DNA of 64,000 nucleotides from Spirochaetia bacterium (GTDB taxonomy: Bacteria > Spirochaetota > Spirochaetia > UBA9216): assembly GCA_963675665.1 (NCBI GenBank), contig OY776510.1:2368001-2432000 (forward strand), in the 5' to 3' direction. How positions within the stretch are numbered: the first letter of the stretch is position 1; each line of letters starts with the position of its first letter. This document shows, in pieces, positions 48,179-57,123 of the stretch. A program made the translations under genes and the position numbers. The notes below the pieces were generated by a model. That model was not told the origin of the DNA, did not search any database, and saw nothing but the letters and a program-made list of their open reading frames with translations.

Positions 48179-48475
48179 TTGATTTATCTGAAGAATGTTT
48201 CTACGCTTGAGTATGATCGGAACAGCTGTACGGGATGCGGCATGTGTATTGAGGTCTGTCCGCATAATGTTTTTGAGCGCGAAGATGGAAAAGTTAAAAT
48301 TCTTTCAAAAGATCGATGTATGGAATGCGGTGCCTGCATGATGAACTGTGCATTCGATGCAATACGGGTAAATAAAGGAGTCGGTTGTGCTTCTGCTGTA
48401 ATCAATGGAGTTCTGAAGGGGACTGAACCGTCCTGCGGATGCAGCGACGGTAATAGCAGCGGCTGCTGTTGTTGA
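48179..48475 (+). CDS. hgcB: Mercury methylation ferredoxin HgcB
   Basis: TTG start 6 nt after GGAGG; 'IYLKNVSTL', 'CTGCGMCIEVCPH', 'CMECGACMMNC', 'GVGCA', C-terminal CCC. Confidence 0.97.
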   Translation: MIYLKNVSTLEYDRNSCTGCGMCIEVCPHNVFEREDGKVKILSKDRCMECGACMMNCAFDAIRVNKGVGCASAVINGVLKGTEPSCGCSDGNSSGCCC

Positions 48476-48483
48476 GTGAAGTA

Positions 48484-49512
48484 TCAATCGATAGTATCGG
48501 ATGTTATAATTTCAATCGGAATATCCAGTATATCGGCCTCAGGCGACTGGTGTCTTATCAGGTGATCGAACATGGTTTTTATCAGAAGGTACCCCTGGTA
48601 TTCCGGGTTTTGTCCCAATGTGAAATCGATTGTTCCGTTTTTAAGCAGGTTTACGGTCGCGGGAACAACATCGTGTGAAATAACCTTAATTTTTCCAACT
48701 TTGCCGGCTATCTCCAGGGCCCGGCCTATTCCGGCGCAGCCTCCACCCGTTATGTAAATACCTTTCAGGTTAGGGTGGTTTTGGCAGTATTCAAGAACAA
48801 TTTTAAAAGCTGCTTCAGTCCGGTCCTGGTTTTCCCGGATATCTATAATATTAACGTGTGGGTGAAAGTCGTTGATCCTTTCCTGGAAGCCTCTGAGCCG
48901 GTCCTGGTGACAAGAGAGGCTTTTTGAGCTGATGATTATTCCGATATCGCCTCCTTCGGGAAGGAGTTTGCTCATCAGTCCGGCGGCAGTACGTCCGCCC
49001 CTGAAATGGTTCTGCCCGACAAAGCAGATATCGTCTATTTCCTTAATCTGTGAATTAAAAGTAATAATCGCTGTTCCCTTTTTGCCCATAAGGTTAATCT
49101 TTTCGACAACCTGGGGGTCGTTCAGCGGGAAAACCGCTACGCCTGCAAAGTTTTCATTCTCAAAATGGTTTAAAATACCGATTTGTTCAGCAGGTTCAAG
49201 TGTGCTGAGCATTTTTATTGTTATGTCGATACCGAATAATTTGAATTCATCCCGGGCTTTGTGTATTCCCTGAATGATTTCGTGGACAAAGGGGTTGTAT
49301 TCGGGAGTGAGAATAACTCCTATTCTGGTTTTTTCCTTGCTCATAACAAGGGCTTTTCCAAGATAATTGGGCTTGTAGTTCAGCTCTTTAGCTATTCTGA
49401 GAACACGTTCCCTGGTTTCTGTTTTCACACCCGGACGGTCGTTAAGTACTTTGTCTACCGTACCGCGTGATACTTCCGCCAGTTCTGCGATCTGCTTTAT
49501 TGTAACAGACAC
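48484..49512 (-). CDS. LacI family regulator (periplasmic-binding-type effector domain)
   Basis: 'VTIKQIAELAEVSRGTVDKVLNDR', 'FVGQNH..GGRTAA', 'LGQNPEYQG'. Confidence 0.93.
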   Translation of the reverse strand: MSVTIKQIAELAEVSRGTVDKVLNDRPGVKTETRERVLRIAKELNYKPNYLGKALVMSKEKTRIGVILTPEYNPFVHEIIQGIHKARDEFKLFGIDITIKMLSTLEPAEQIGILNHFENENFAGVAVFPLNDPQVVEKINLMGKKGTAIITFNSQIKEIDDICFVGQNHFRGGRTAAGLMSKLLPEGGDIGIIISSKSLSCHQDRLRGFQERINDFHPHVNIIDIRENQDRTEAAFKIVLEYCQNHPNLKGIYITGGGCAGIGRALEIAGKVGKIKVISHDVVPATVNLLKNGTIDFTLGQNPEYQGYLLIKTMFDHLIRHQSPEADILDIPIEIITSDTID

Positions 49513-49581
49513 CCTCTGCCTCCAGTAATGTCTATTATATGTGTAAAAAAAAACTTTTGCTATACGTTTTTAAGGAAAAAT

Positions 49582-49595
49582 AACACACGTGCACA
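49582..49595. promoter_or_regulatory. Putative LacI operator (secondary)
   Basis: AACACACGTGCACA, sharing the CACG.GCACA core with the 49711 site. Confidence 0.55.
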
Positions 49596-49710
49596 ATTGA
49601 TTATAAAAATAGTAACGTAAAATTCGTGTTAAGAGTATAAATGAGCAAAAATACGGCAAATATCATCAGAAAAACATTGCAATCCGGGTATTCATATGTT
49701 AACATAAAAA

Positions 49711-49724
49711 TGTGCACGAGCACA
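49711..49724. promoter_or_regulatory. Putative LacI operator (primary)
   Basis: TGTGCACGAGCACA, near-perfect palindrome with a central CG, in the divergent promoter region. Confidence 0.7.
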
Positions 49725-49819
49725 ATTTTATGTTGTAAGCTATCAATAAGAAACTGTTTTACATTTATACACAAACATATTTTGGGGTTTGTGTTTGTGG
49801 AATATCAGAAGGAGTGACT

Positions 49820-50692
49820 ATGAAATTTGGAACGTTGTATTCCTACTGGAATAATACCTGGAGCTGTGACTATTTCAGAACAGCTGAAAGGGTAAGACGT
49901 GCAGGTTTTGATATCCTTGAAATAGGAGCAGGGCATCTGCTGGATATGTCAAAAGAGGATATTCTGAAACTGAAGGAACATTCAGCAAATTTGGGGCTGA
50001 CTGTAACCTGTAATATAGGTCCTGCGAAGGACAAGGATGTTGCATCTGCAGATGCGGATACTCGGAGAGCAGGCATTACATTTCTGTCGGATATCATGAA
50101 AGCAATGAAGCTTCTCGGATCAAAAACGCTTGTAGGTGTTCAATATACATACTGGCCGAATGATTTCAGTGATCTTGATAAACCTGCTATCTGGGCGCGC
50201 GGAGTTGAAAGTGTAAAGGAACTCGCGAAAACAGCTGAAGACTGTGATGTGCAGATGTGTCTTGAGGTTGTCAACAGATTTGAGACTCACATTCTAAATA
50301 CAGCAGAAGAGGCTATATCGTTTTGCAATGAAGTAGGGCACAAGAATGTCAGCATACTTCTTGATACATTTCACATGAATATTGAAGAAGACAATATTGC
50401 TGATGCGATCCGGTTGGCAGGCAGCAGGCTTGATCATCTTCATGTCGGAGAAGGAAACCGGAAGCTTCCGGGCGAAGGTTCGCTTCCCTGGACTGAAATT
50501 GGGCAGGCATTACGAGATATTAATTTTACAAAAGGCGTTGTTATGGAACCGTTTTACTTTTCAGGGGGAAAAGTGGGCGAGGATATCAAGGTCTGGCGTG
50601 ACCTCAGTGAAGGTGCAACTGCCGAAGAGATGGATAAGCGCATAGAAACATCCTTAAAATTCCTCAGGAATAAATTCGTCGGTGAGGATTAA
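49820..50692 (+). CDS. Ketose 3-epimerase (D-psicose/D-tagatose 3-epimerase family)
   Basis: 'LEVVNRFE', 'LDTFHMNIEE', 'HLHVGEGNR', 'VMEPF', 'IKVWRDL'. Confidence 0.9.
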   Translation: MKFGTLYSYWNNTWSCDYFRTAERVRRAGFDILEIGAGHLLDMSKEDILKLKEHSANLGLTVTCNIGPAKDKDVASADADTRRAGITFLSDIMKAMKLLGSKTLVGVQYTYWPNDFSDLDKPAIWARGVESVKELAKTAEDCDVQMCLEVVNRFETHILNTAEEAISFCNEVGHKNVSILLDTFHMNIEEDNIADAIRLAGSRLDHLHVGEGNRKLPGEGSLPWTEIGQALRDINFTKGVVMEPFYFSGGKVGEDIKVWRDLSEGATAEEMDKRIETSLKFLRNKFVGED

Positions 50693-50696
50693 TTGA

Positions 50697-51641
50697 ATGG
50701 CTGAAATATGGACTATGGGTGAAATGATTGTAGAGATAATGCGGCCCAAGGCGGGCATGGATCTTGATAAGGCCGGCCTTTTTAAAGGTCCCTATCCCAG
50801 CGGGGCGCCTGCGATTTTTATAGATACAGTTGCGCGTATGGGACACAGCTCAGGCATTATAGGCGGCGTCGGTCATGATGATTTCGGGAAATGCCTTCTT
50901 GAGCGTCTGGAATCGGACGGAGTAGATTGTTCGAAGGTTGTGATCAGTGAAAGCGGAACTACCGGTGTGGCATTTGTAACATATTTTAATGACGGTTCAA
51001 GGAAGTTCCTTTACCATATCGGCAATACTCCTGCTGTTGAAGCCAAAGCTCCTGCGGCTTCTGAACTTGCGGGCATCAGGTTCTTCCATATTATGGGCTG
51101 CTCATTAATGGCTGAACCGAATTTTGCGAAAGAGATAATCAAAACAATGCACACGGCAGTTTCTATGGGAGCAAAGATAAGCTTCGATCCGAATATCCGT
51201 AAAGAACTGCTTAAAGACAACTCTGTTATGTCGATTGTTCATGAAGCTTTTAAAAATACAAACATCTTTATGCCCGGGGTTGATGAACTTCTGATGCTCA
51301 CGGAAGAAAGCACTGCGGAACAGGCTGTGAAAAAGTGTTTTGAGCAGCAATCAATGGAAATGGTTGTACTAAAGCGCGGATCAGAAGGCTGTACCGTTTA
51401 TACCCGGACCGGAACTTATGAAAAGGGCGTTTACAAGGTTGAAGCAGTTGATCCTACTGGCGCAGGGGACAGTTTTGACGGAGCATTTTTATGCGGGTTG
51501 CTGGAATCGCTGCCTGTAACTGAAGTTATTGAGCTTGCCGCTTCGGCGGGGGCTTTGAATACAGCTGCATTCGGCCCTATGGAAGGTGCTATTTCGGTTG
51601 AGAATGTAAAGCGCCTGATCTCTGCCGGTATTTCCGGCTGA
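50697..51641 (+). CDS. PfkB sugar kinase (tagatose/fructokinase-like)
   Basis: 'GPYPSGAPAIF', 'SFDPNIR', 'DPTGAGDSFDGAF'. Confidence 0.9.
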   Translation: MAEIWTMGEMIVEIMRPKAGMDLDKAGLFKGPYPSGAPAIFIDTVARMGHSSGIIGGVGHDDFGKCLLERLESDGVDCSKVVISESGTTGVAFVTYFNDGSRKFLYHIGNTPAVEAKAPAASELAGIRFFHIMGCSLMAEPNFAKEIIKTMHTAVSMGAKISFDPNIRKELLKDNSVMSIVHEAFKNTNIFMPGVDELLMLTEESTAEQAVKKCFEQQSMEMVVLKRGSEGCTVYTRTGTYEKGVYKVEAVDPTGAGDSFDGAFLCGLLESLPVTEVIELAASAGALNTAAFGPMEGAISVENVKRLISAGISG

Positions 51642-51657
51642 TATTTGAAAGGAACGA

Positions 51658-52980
51658 ATGGAAATGAGCGATATCTTATTAAGGATTGTAGAAAAGCAAA
51701 AAGCCGGCATTCCGGCTGGAATAGTTTCGGTTTGTACATCCAACGGCTATGCAATTAAATCCGCGATGAAACATGCCATGGAATATGACGTACCGGTTCT
51801 TCTGGAAGCGACGGCAAACCAGGTAGATCAGGCCGGCGGATATACCGGTATGAAACCTGTTGATTTTATCGCCTTTATTCATAATATTGCTCAGGAAATA
51901 AATTTTCCGGTAAAACGGATTATCCTGGGGGGGGACCATCTGGGACCTCTGACCAGAAAGCATCTGGATGAAAAAGAAGCCATGGAGTATGCGGAGGTCC
52001 TTGTAAGCGAATACGTCTCAGCCGGGTTTTCAAAAATACATCTGGATACTTCCATGAAGCTTGGAAGCGATCCCGCCGGAGAAGCGCTGCATATTTCAAC
52101 AGTAGCCGAACGCGGTGCCAGGTTGTGTATTGCAGCGGAAGCCGCATTTAAACAGCGGTCTGAAAAGTATCCGGCAGAAACACCTCCGTTTTACATTATA
52201 GGAAGCGAAGTACCAATTCCGGGTGGTGCGCAGGATCCGGAGGAAGGTGCTGATGTAACATCACCCGAACACTGCAGGGAAACCTTTGAAACATACAAAC
52301 AGGTTTTCAGTAAACACAATCTTGATGATGCCTTTAAAAGAGTCATTGCGCTGGTTGTTCAAACCGGTGCCGAGTTTGGAGACACCGATATCTATCCGTA
52401 CAGCTCTGAAAAAGCACGATCCCTGACGGAATACGGGCGTAAGAACCTTCCTTTTGTTTTTGAAGGGCATTCAACCGATTATCAGACCGAAGATTCCTTG
52501 AAAGCAATGGTAAAAGACGGTATTGCTTTTCTAAAAGTGGGACCGGCTTTAACTTTCGCTCTCAGAGAGGCCCTTTTTATGCTGGAGATGATTGAGCAGG
52601 AGGTTTACTACGGTACTTCCTGGGATGCTTCAAATTTCAGGGATGTGCTTGAGCTGGCAATGCTGAATAACCCGGGATATTGGAAGAATCATTATCATGG
52701 AGATGCAAGAAAGCAGTATTTTTCACGTAAATTCAGTTTTTCGGATCGTGCGCGTTATTTTCTTAATGATCCCGAGGTTGAAAAGGCTGTGAACTGTCTT
52801 GTCAGGAATATCAATAATTTTGAAATACCTATCTCTTTGCTGAGTCAATACATGCCGCGGGAGATGTATGAATTTGCGAAGAATAAAAGAGATTTGAAAG
52901 CGGAAGATTTAATTGATATGCATATCGGATTTTATCTTGATAATTATTACAAAGCGATTTTGCCTGATGAGTTGAGATAA
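51658..52980 (+). CDS. gatZ: GatZ/KbaZ-family tagatose-6-phosphate 4-epimerase
   Basis: 'LEATANQVDQ.GGYTGM.P', 'GGDHLGP', 'KIHLDTS', 'GSEVPIPGG', 'FEGHSTDYQ', 'LKVGPALTF'. Confidence 0.9.
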   Translation: MEMSDILLRIVEKQKAGIPAGIVSVCTSNGYAIKSAMKHAMEYDVPVLLEATANQVDQAGGYTGMKPVDFIAFIHNIAQEINFPVKRIILGGDHLGPLTRKHLDEKEAMEYAEVLVSEYVSAGFSKIHLDTSMKLGSDPAGEALHISTVAERGARLCIAAEAAFKQRSEKYPAETPPFYIIGSEVPIPGGAQDPEEGADVTSPEHCRETFETYKQVFSKHNLDDAFKRVIALVVQTGAEFGDTDIYPYSSEKARSLTEYGRKNLPFVFEGHSTDYQTEDSLKAMVKDGIAFLKVGPALTFALREALFMLEMIEQEVYYGTSWDASNFRDVLELAMLNNPGYWKNHYHGDARKQYFSRKFSFSDRARYFLNDPEVEKAVNCLVRNINNFEIPISLLSQYMPREMYEFAKNKRDLKAEDLIDMHIGFYLDNYYKAILPDELR

Positions 52981-53051
52981 AATAAATTTTCATACATTAA
53001 ATTTTATCTCATTAAAGCCAGGTACTAAATAAATAAAGAAACGGAGAGAGT

Positions 53052-54293
53052 ATGAGTTATAAGGAAACACTTCTAAGCCAGATTAAGATTGGAAACAGAA
53101 TATGCAGGAACAGGTTTTTTGTTCAGGCTATGGAATGCAATGACGAGGATGCTACAGGTAACCCTTCTGATGAAACCACGGAAAGATATAAAACCCTTGC
53201 CCGGGGCGAGGCAGGACTGGTTTCGCTTGAAGCAATCTCGGTTACCCGCGAAAGCCGGGCGCGCGATAATCAGTTGATGATAATGGAACCCAACCGAGAG
53301 CCGCTTACAAAATTTGTAAAGGCCGTAAAAGAGGTGAATCCAGATACCCTTTTTATCTTTCAGCTTACTCATTCAGGAGAACTGTCAAATCCGGAGTTTT
53401 CACGGCGAGTTTGTGTTAAACCGCTTCCAGGTTACGGCGGCGATTTTTTGACTGAAGATGAAGTTGAAAAAATAATGGACGATTTCGTCCTAGCCGCAAA
53501 GATAGCGCATGCCGCCGGGGCCGACGGAATTGATATGAAGCTCTGTCACGGTTACCTGGGGTCACAAATCCTCAGGCCATATAACGATCGTAAATGGAAA
53601 TTCGGAGGGTCCTGGGAGAACCGCAGCAGGTTTGCATTTGAACTGTATGAGCGTATGTCAAAGGCTGTTAACGACAAGAACTTTCTAATCGGTTCTAAAA
53701 TCTCTGCTTGGGAAGGTTTTCCGGGCGGGTTTGGAACAGACGGACCGGATTCTCCGGTAATGGATTTAACAGAGCCTTTGAAACTTATCAAGGGACTTGA
53801 AGAACGCGGGGCGCAGTATTTTATACAGTCGGCAGGAAGCCCGTCAATTACTATCAGCCTTACACAGGTAGACAAATATCATCCGTATTTCGGTTACCTG
53901 CACCAGTACTGGGCAAAGGAAATGCGCAAAGCGTTGAAACCTGAAACTGTTGTTATAGGTTCAAACTTTTCTATTTTCGGCAACGGCAAGAACAAACTCT
54001 GCGCCGTCGACAAAAAAGACAACAACCTTTTCCGTTACGGAGCGCAGTGCGTGGAAAGAGGTGTAGTCGACATGATAGGTCTGGGACGCCAGTCTTTTGC
54101 CGATCCGCTGCTGCCTCTCAAGCTGCGTGAGGGACATGAAGAAGATATCAAGTACTGTGTAGTCTGCGACAATTGTCTTGAACTTTTAATCCAGCAGAGC
54201 AAAGTAGGTTGCAGCACCTTCAACAGGTATTACACGGACATTCTAAGAAAGACCAGGGAAGAGAAGGGTAAGCTTGTGATAAAGCATACCTAA
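53052..54293 (+). CDS. Old-yellow-enzyme-family FMN oxidoreductase with C-terminal Fe-S motif
   Basis: 'QLTHSG', 'DGIDMKLCHGYLGSQ', 'FGGSWENR', 'GLGRQSFADP', 'CVVCDNC...VGC'. Confidence 0.88.
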   Translation: MSYKETLLSQIKIGNRICRNRFFVQAMECNDEDATGNPSDETTERYKTLARGEAGLVSLEAISVTRESRARDNQLMIMEPNREPLTKFVKAVKEVNPDTLFIFQLTHSGELSNPEFSRRVCVKPLPGYGGDFLTEDEVEKIMDDFVLAAKIAHAAGADGIDMKLCHGYLGSQILRPYNDRKWKFGGSWENRSRFAFELYERMSKAVNDKNFLIGSKISAWEGFPGGFGTDGPDSPVMDLTEPLKLIKGLEERGAQYFIQSAGSPSITISLTQVDKYHPYFGYLHQYWAKEMRKALKPETVVIGSNFSIFGNGKNKLCAVDKKDNNLFRYGAQCVERGVVDMIGLGRQSFADPLLPLKLREGHEEDIKYCVVCDNCLELLIQQSKVGCSTFNRYYTDILRKTREEKGKLVIKHT

Positions 54294-54294
54294 T

Positions 54295-54461
54295 CAAAGC
54301 ACAGGAAGACCTGTGCTTTGCTCTTGGAGTTTGCCTGCAAAGCAGGCAAACATCCACAGATAGTCATCTATTACGGGTTTTTATTTTGGGTTATCAGCGT
54401 TCTGCGCTGAAACATCCACAACCGGCAACCCGTAAGGGAGTAATGCCTGGCGAAACATCCA
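54295..54461. repeat. Array of palindromic elements (TGGA-GTTT-stem-loop-AAAC-A-TCCA family)
   Basis: 11-bp hairpin with AAGA loop (54295-54320), then three units ending AAACATCCA (54325-54356 perfect; 54387-54418 and 54436-54461 degenerate). Confidence 0.75.
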
Positions 54462-54486
54462 TAAATGAACGTATTGGAGCGGGGAT

Positions 54487-55971
54487 ATGTCGAAACTGCT
54501 TGAAATGCAGGGAATAAGTAAAAGTTTCTTTGGAGTAGAGGTTCTGCACAGGGTAGATTTCAGCGTGGAAAAAGGGGAGATTCGGGCGTTGTGCGGCGAA
54601 AACGGGGCCGGCAAGTCCACGCTGATGAAGGTATTGTCGGGAATCCACGAACAGGAAGAAGGCGAGGTTTATTTCAAGGGTGAGCATATAAAGCGAACGG
54701 CCGATCCGCTTGAGGTGCAGGGGCACGGAATCTCGATGATCCACCAGGAACTGAACCTGTTTGATGATCTGAGCGTAGCGCAGAATATCTTTCTGTGCCG
54801 TGAACCGAAGACAAAGAGAGGTCTGATAGATTTCGGCGAGATGAACCGCGAGGCAAAAAAGCTTCTGGAGCGGCTGGGTCAGAATATAGACCCGCGGATG
54901 AATGTCCGCGAGCTGAAGATAGCGCAGAAGCAGATGGTTGAAATAGCGAAGGCAATCTCGTTCAACGTAGAGCTGTTGATAATGGACGAACCCACATCGG
55001 TGCTCACGGGAAAAGAAACCGGGATAATGTTCGGGCTGATGAGAAACCTGAGCGCGGAAGGGATAGCAATCATATACATCTCGCACAGGCTGAAGGAAAT
55101 AACCGAGGTATGCCACACGGTAACGGTGCTTCGCGACGGCTCGTACATAGACACGAAGCAGGTTGCTGAAGTAACCGAGAAAGACATAGCGACGCTGATG
55201 GTAGGGCGCGAGGTCAAGGAATCGAGTGTAGGGGACTTCTGCGGAGAGGAAGAAGACCTTGTACTTGAGGTAAAGAACGTAAGCGACGGGCTGTTGAAGG
55301 ACGTAAGCTTTGACGTGAAACGCGGCGAGATAGTGTGTTTCAGCGGGTTAGTCGGAGCGGGACGCACCGAGCTTATGGAGGTAATCTTCGGCATACGACA
55401 CCCGGAATCGGGTGAGGTGCTGCTTGAAGGAAAACCTGTAACGGTAAGAAGCGCGATAGATGCGATCAGGATGGACATAGGACTGGTGACCGAGGACCGT
55501 AAGGATTCGGGACTGGTGCTGTGCCGTGATATAACCGAGAACTCGAACTATGTGTTCTGGCGCAAGAACAGCGGTTTCTTCAAAAACAGGGGAAAGACCC
55601 GGAAGAACACGGACAGAATGATAGAACGCCTCCGGATAAGATGCGCCGGCTCGGACCAGGCAGTGGCGAACCTGAGCGGCGGGAACCAGCAGAAGGTTGC
55701 GCTTGCGAAGTGGCTGTTAAGCGACGCGAAGGTGCTGATACTTGACGAGCCTACGCGTGGAGTAGACGTCGGAGCAAGGCAGGAGATCTATCAGATCATC
55801 CGGGAGCTTGCCGACGACGGGATAGCGATAGTGATAGTGTCGTCGGACATGCAGGAAGTAATGAGCATCAGCCAGCGGGTGGTAGTAATGCATGAAGGAC
55901 GGAAGACCGGGGAGCTTAAGTGTTCCGAGCTTGAAGAAGAAAAAATAATGTACCTGGCAACAAACGTATAG
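54487..55971 (+). CDS. RbsA-like sugar ABC ATPase
   Basis: [10 protein letters not shown], 'LSGGNQQKV', 'DEPTRGVDVGA'. Confidence 0.93.
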   Translation: MSKLLEMQGISKSFFGVEVLHRVDFSVEKGEIRALCGENGAGKSTLMKVLSGIHEQEEGEVYFKGEHIKRTADPLEVQGHGISMIHQELNLFDDLSVAQNIFLCREPKTKRGLIDFGEMNREAKKLLERLGQNIDPRMNVRELKIAQKQMVEIAKAISFNVELLIMDEPTSVLTGKETGIMFGLMRNLSAEGIAIIYISHRLKEITEVCHTVTVLRDGSYIDTKQVAEVTEKDIATLMVGREVKESSVGDFCGEEEDLVLEVKNVSDGLLKDVSFDVKRGEIVCFSGLVGAGRTELMEVIFGIRHPESGEVLLEGKPVTVRSAIDAIRMDIGLVTEDRKDSGLVLCRDITENSNYVFWRKNSGFFKNRGKTRKNTDRMIERLRIRCAGSDQAVANLSGGNQQKVALAKWLLSDAKVLILDEPTRGVDVGARQEIYQIIRELADDGIAIVIVSSDMQEVMSISQRVVVMHEGRKTGELKCSELEEEKIMYLATNV

Positions 55972-55983
55972 CGGAGAGAGATA

Positions 55984-56967
55984 ATGGAAGAGTTGAAACA
56001 GGAAAACAGGTTTATTCAGCTGGCGTCGAGGGTATGGAAGAACTACAGCATAGTGGTAGTGTTTGTGGTAATCCTGATAATCTGCGGGATAGCAGCGCCG
56101 CGGTTTCTGAGGCCGAACAACCTTTTAAACATCCTGAGAAATACCTCGATAGTAGGAATCATAGCGTTGGGAATGACGTTTGTGATCATAGCCGGCGGAA
56201 TTGATTTATCGAGCGGGCCTGTGCTTGCGACATCGGGAGCGGCGTTGATAGCGCTGCAGAAGATGGTGACCGAGAGCGGGGACCCCGCGATGCCGTTGAT
56301 AGTACCGATACTGGTGTGCCTTGCGATATCGACGGGAATAGGCTTTGCGAACGGAATAATCATAACTAAGGCGAAACTGCCGCCGTTTATAGTAACGCTG
56401 GCAGTGGGGATAATAGCGCGGTCGGTGGTAATGTACTTCTGCCGCGGAGCGACAATCATGGGGAACAAGATTCCCGAGTTCACGAATATTGGAAACGGGT
56501 CGGTATTCAAGATACCGATACCGTTCATAATGGCGATAGTGCTGGCCTTGATACTGCATGTAGCGCTGACGCGATCGAAGTTCGGTACCTATGTGTTTGC
56601 TGTGGGCGGAAACGAGAACGCGGCGAAGTACTCGGGAATCAAGGTAGACCGTATAAAGATAGCGACGTACATGATAGTGGGACTGTGCACGGGCCTTGCG
56701 GCGGTCATAGAGATGTCGCGTATGGCGGCTGTGGCGGCGACGTCGAGCGGAATGCAGTACGAGTTTGAGGCGATAACGGCGGTAATAGTAGGCGGAACCT
56801 CGCTTAACGGAGGAAAGGGCCGGCTGATAGGAACGATAGTAGGATTTATCATCCTGGGAATAGTCAAGAACATGATGATAATGCTGAACATCTCGCCGTA
56901 CCTTGCCGGAGCGGTAAAGGGCGCGGTAATCCTGTTTGCGGTACTGATTCAACGTAGGGAGAAATAA
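55984..56967 (+). CDS. RbsC-like sugar ABC permease
   Basis: 'GMTFVIIAGGIDLS', 'AVGGNENAA..SGI', 'YEFEAITAVIVGGTSL.GG.G'. Confidence 0.93.
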   Translation: MEELKQENRFIQLASRVWKNYSIVVVFVVILIICGIAAPRFLRPNNLLNILRNTSIVGIIALGMTFVIIAGGIDLSSGPVLATSGAALIALQKMVTESGDPAMPLIVPILVCLAISTGIGFANGIIITKAKLPPFIVTLAVGIIARSVVMYFCRGATIMGNKIPEFTNIGNGSVFKIPIPFIMAIVLALILHVALTRSKFGTYVFAVGGNENAAKYSGIKVDRIKIATYMIVGLCTGLAAVIEMSRMAAVAATSSGMQYEFEAITAVIVGGTSLNGGKGRLIGTIVGFIILGIVKNMMIMLNISPYLAGAVKGAVILFAVLIQRREK

Positions 56968-57019
56968 TCAGCAAGCTGATTATTTCTCCTGGAGTTTTTC
57001 ACTTCGTGAAAAACATCCA
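56958..57019. repeat. Palindromic element (same family as 54295-54461)
   Basis: Perfect 15-bp inverted repeat covering the permease stop codon (GC-AA-GC apex), then TGGA-GTTTTTCAC-TTC-GTGAAAAAC-A-TCCA. Confidence 0.8.
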
Positions 57020-57123
57020 CGGACTGTAAACCGTAAAGTGTTTATATAAAGCAAGTTTTCGGGCTGTTCTGTATGGACAGGACCGGTTACTGATAAAACA
57101 AATTTCAATACGGAGGAACAAAA

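Noticed and set aside
48473-48565. Selenocysteine read-through of the hgcB TGA after CCC
   Set aside because: The downstream frame is just the antisense of the lacI 3' end; no SECIS-like hairpin was evident and HgcB normally ends at the Cys cluster.
54295-54461. CRISPR array or integron attC sites
   Set aside because: Units are not identical direct repeats with regular spacers, there are no cas or integrase genes, and no RYYYAAC/GTTRRRY boxes.
54394-56952. Long antisense ORFs (240, 199 and 248 aa) as real genes
   Set aside because: They are shadows of the ABC genes caused by skewed codon usage and show no recognisable motifs.
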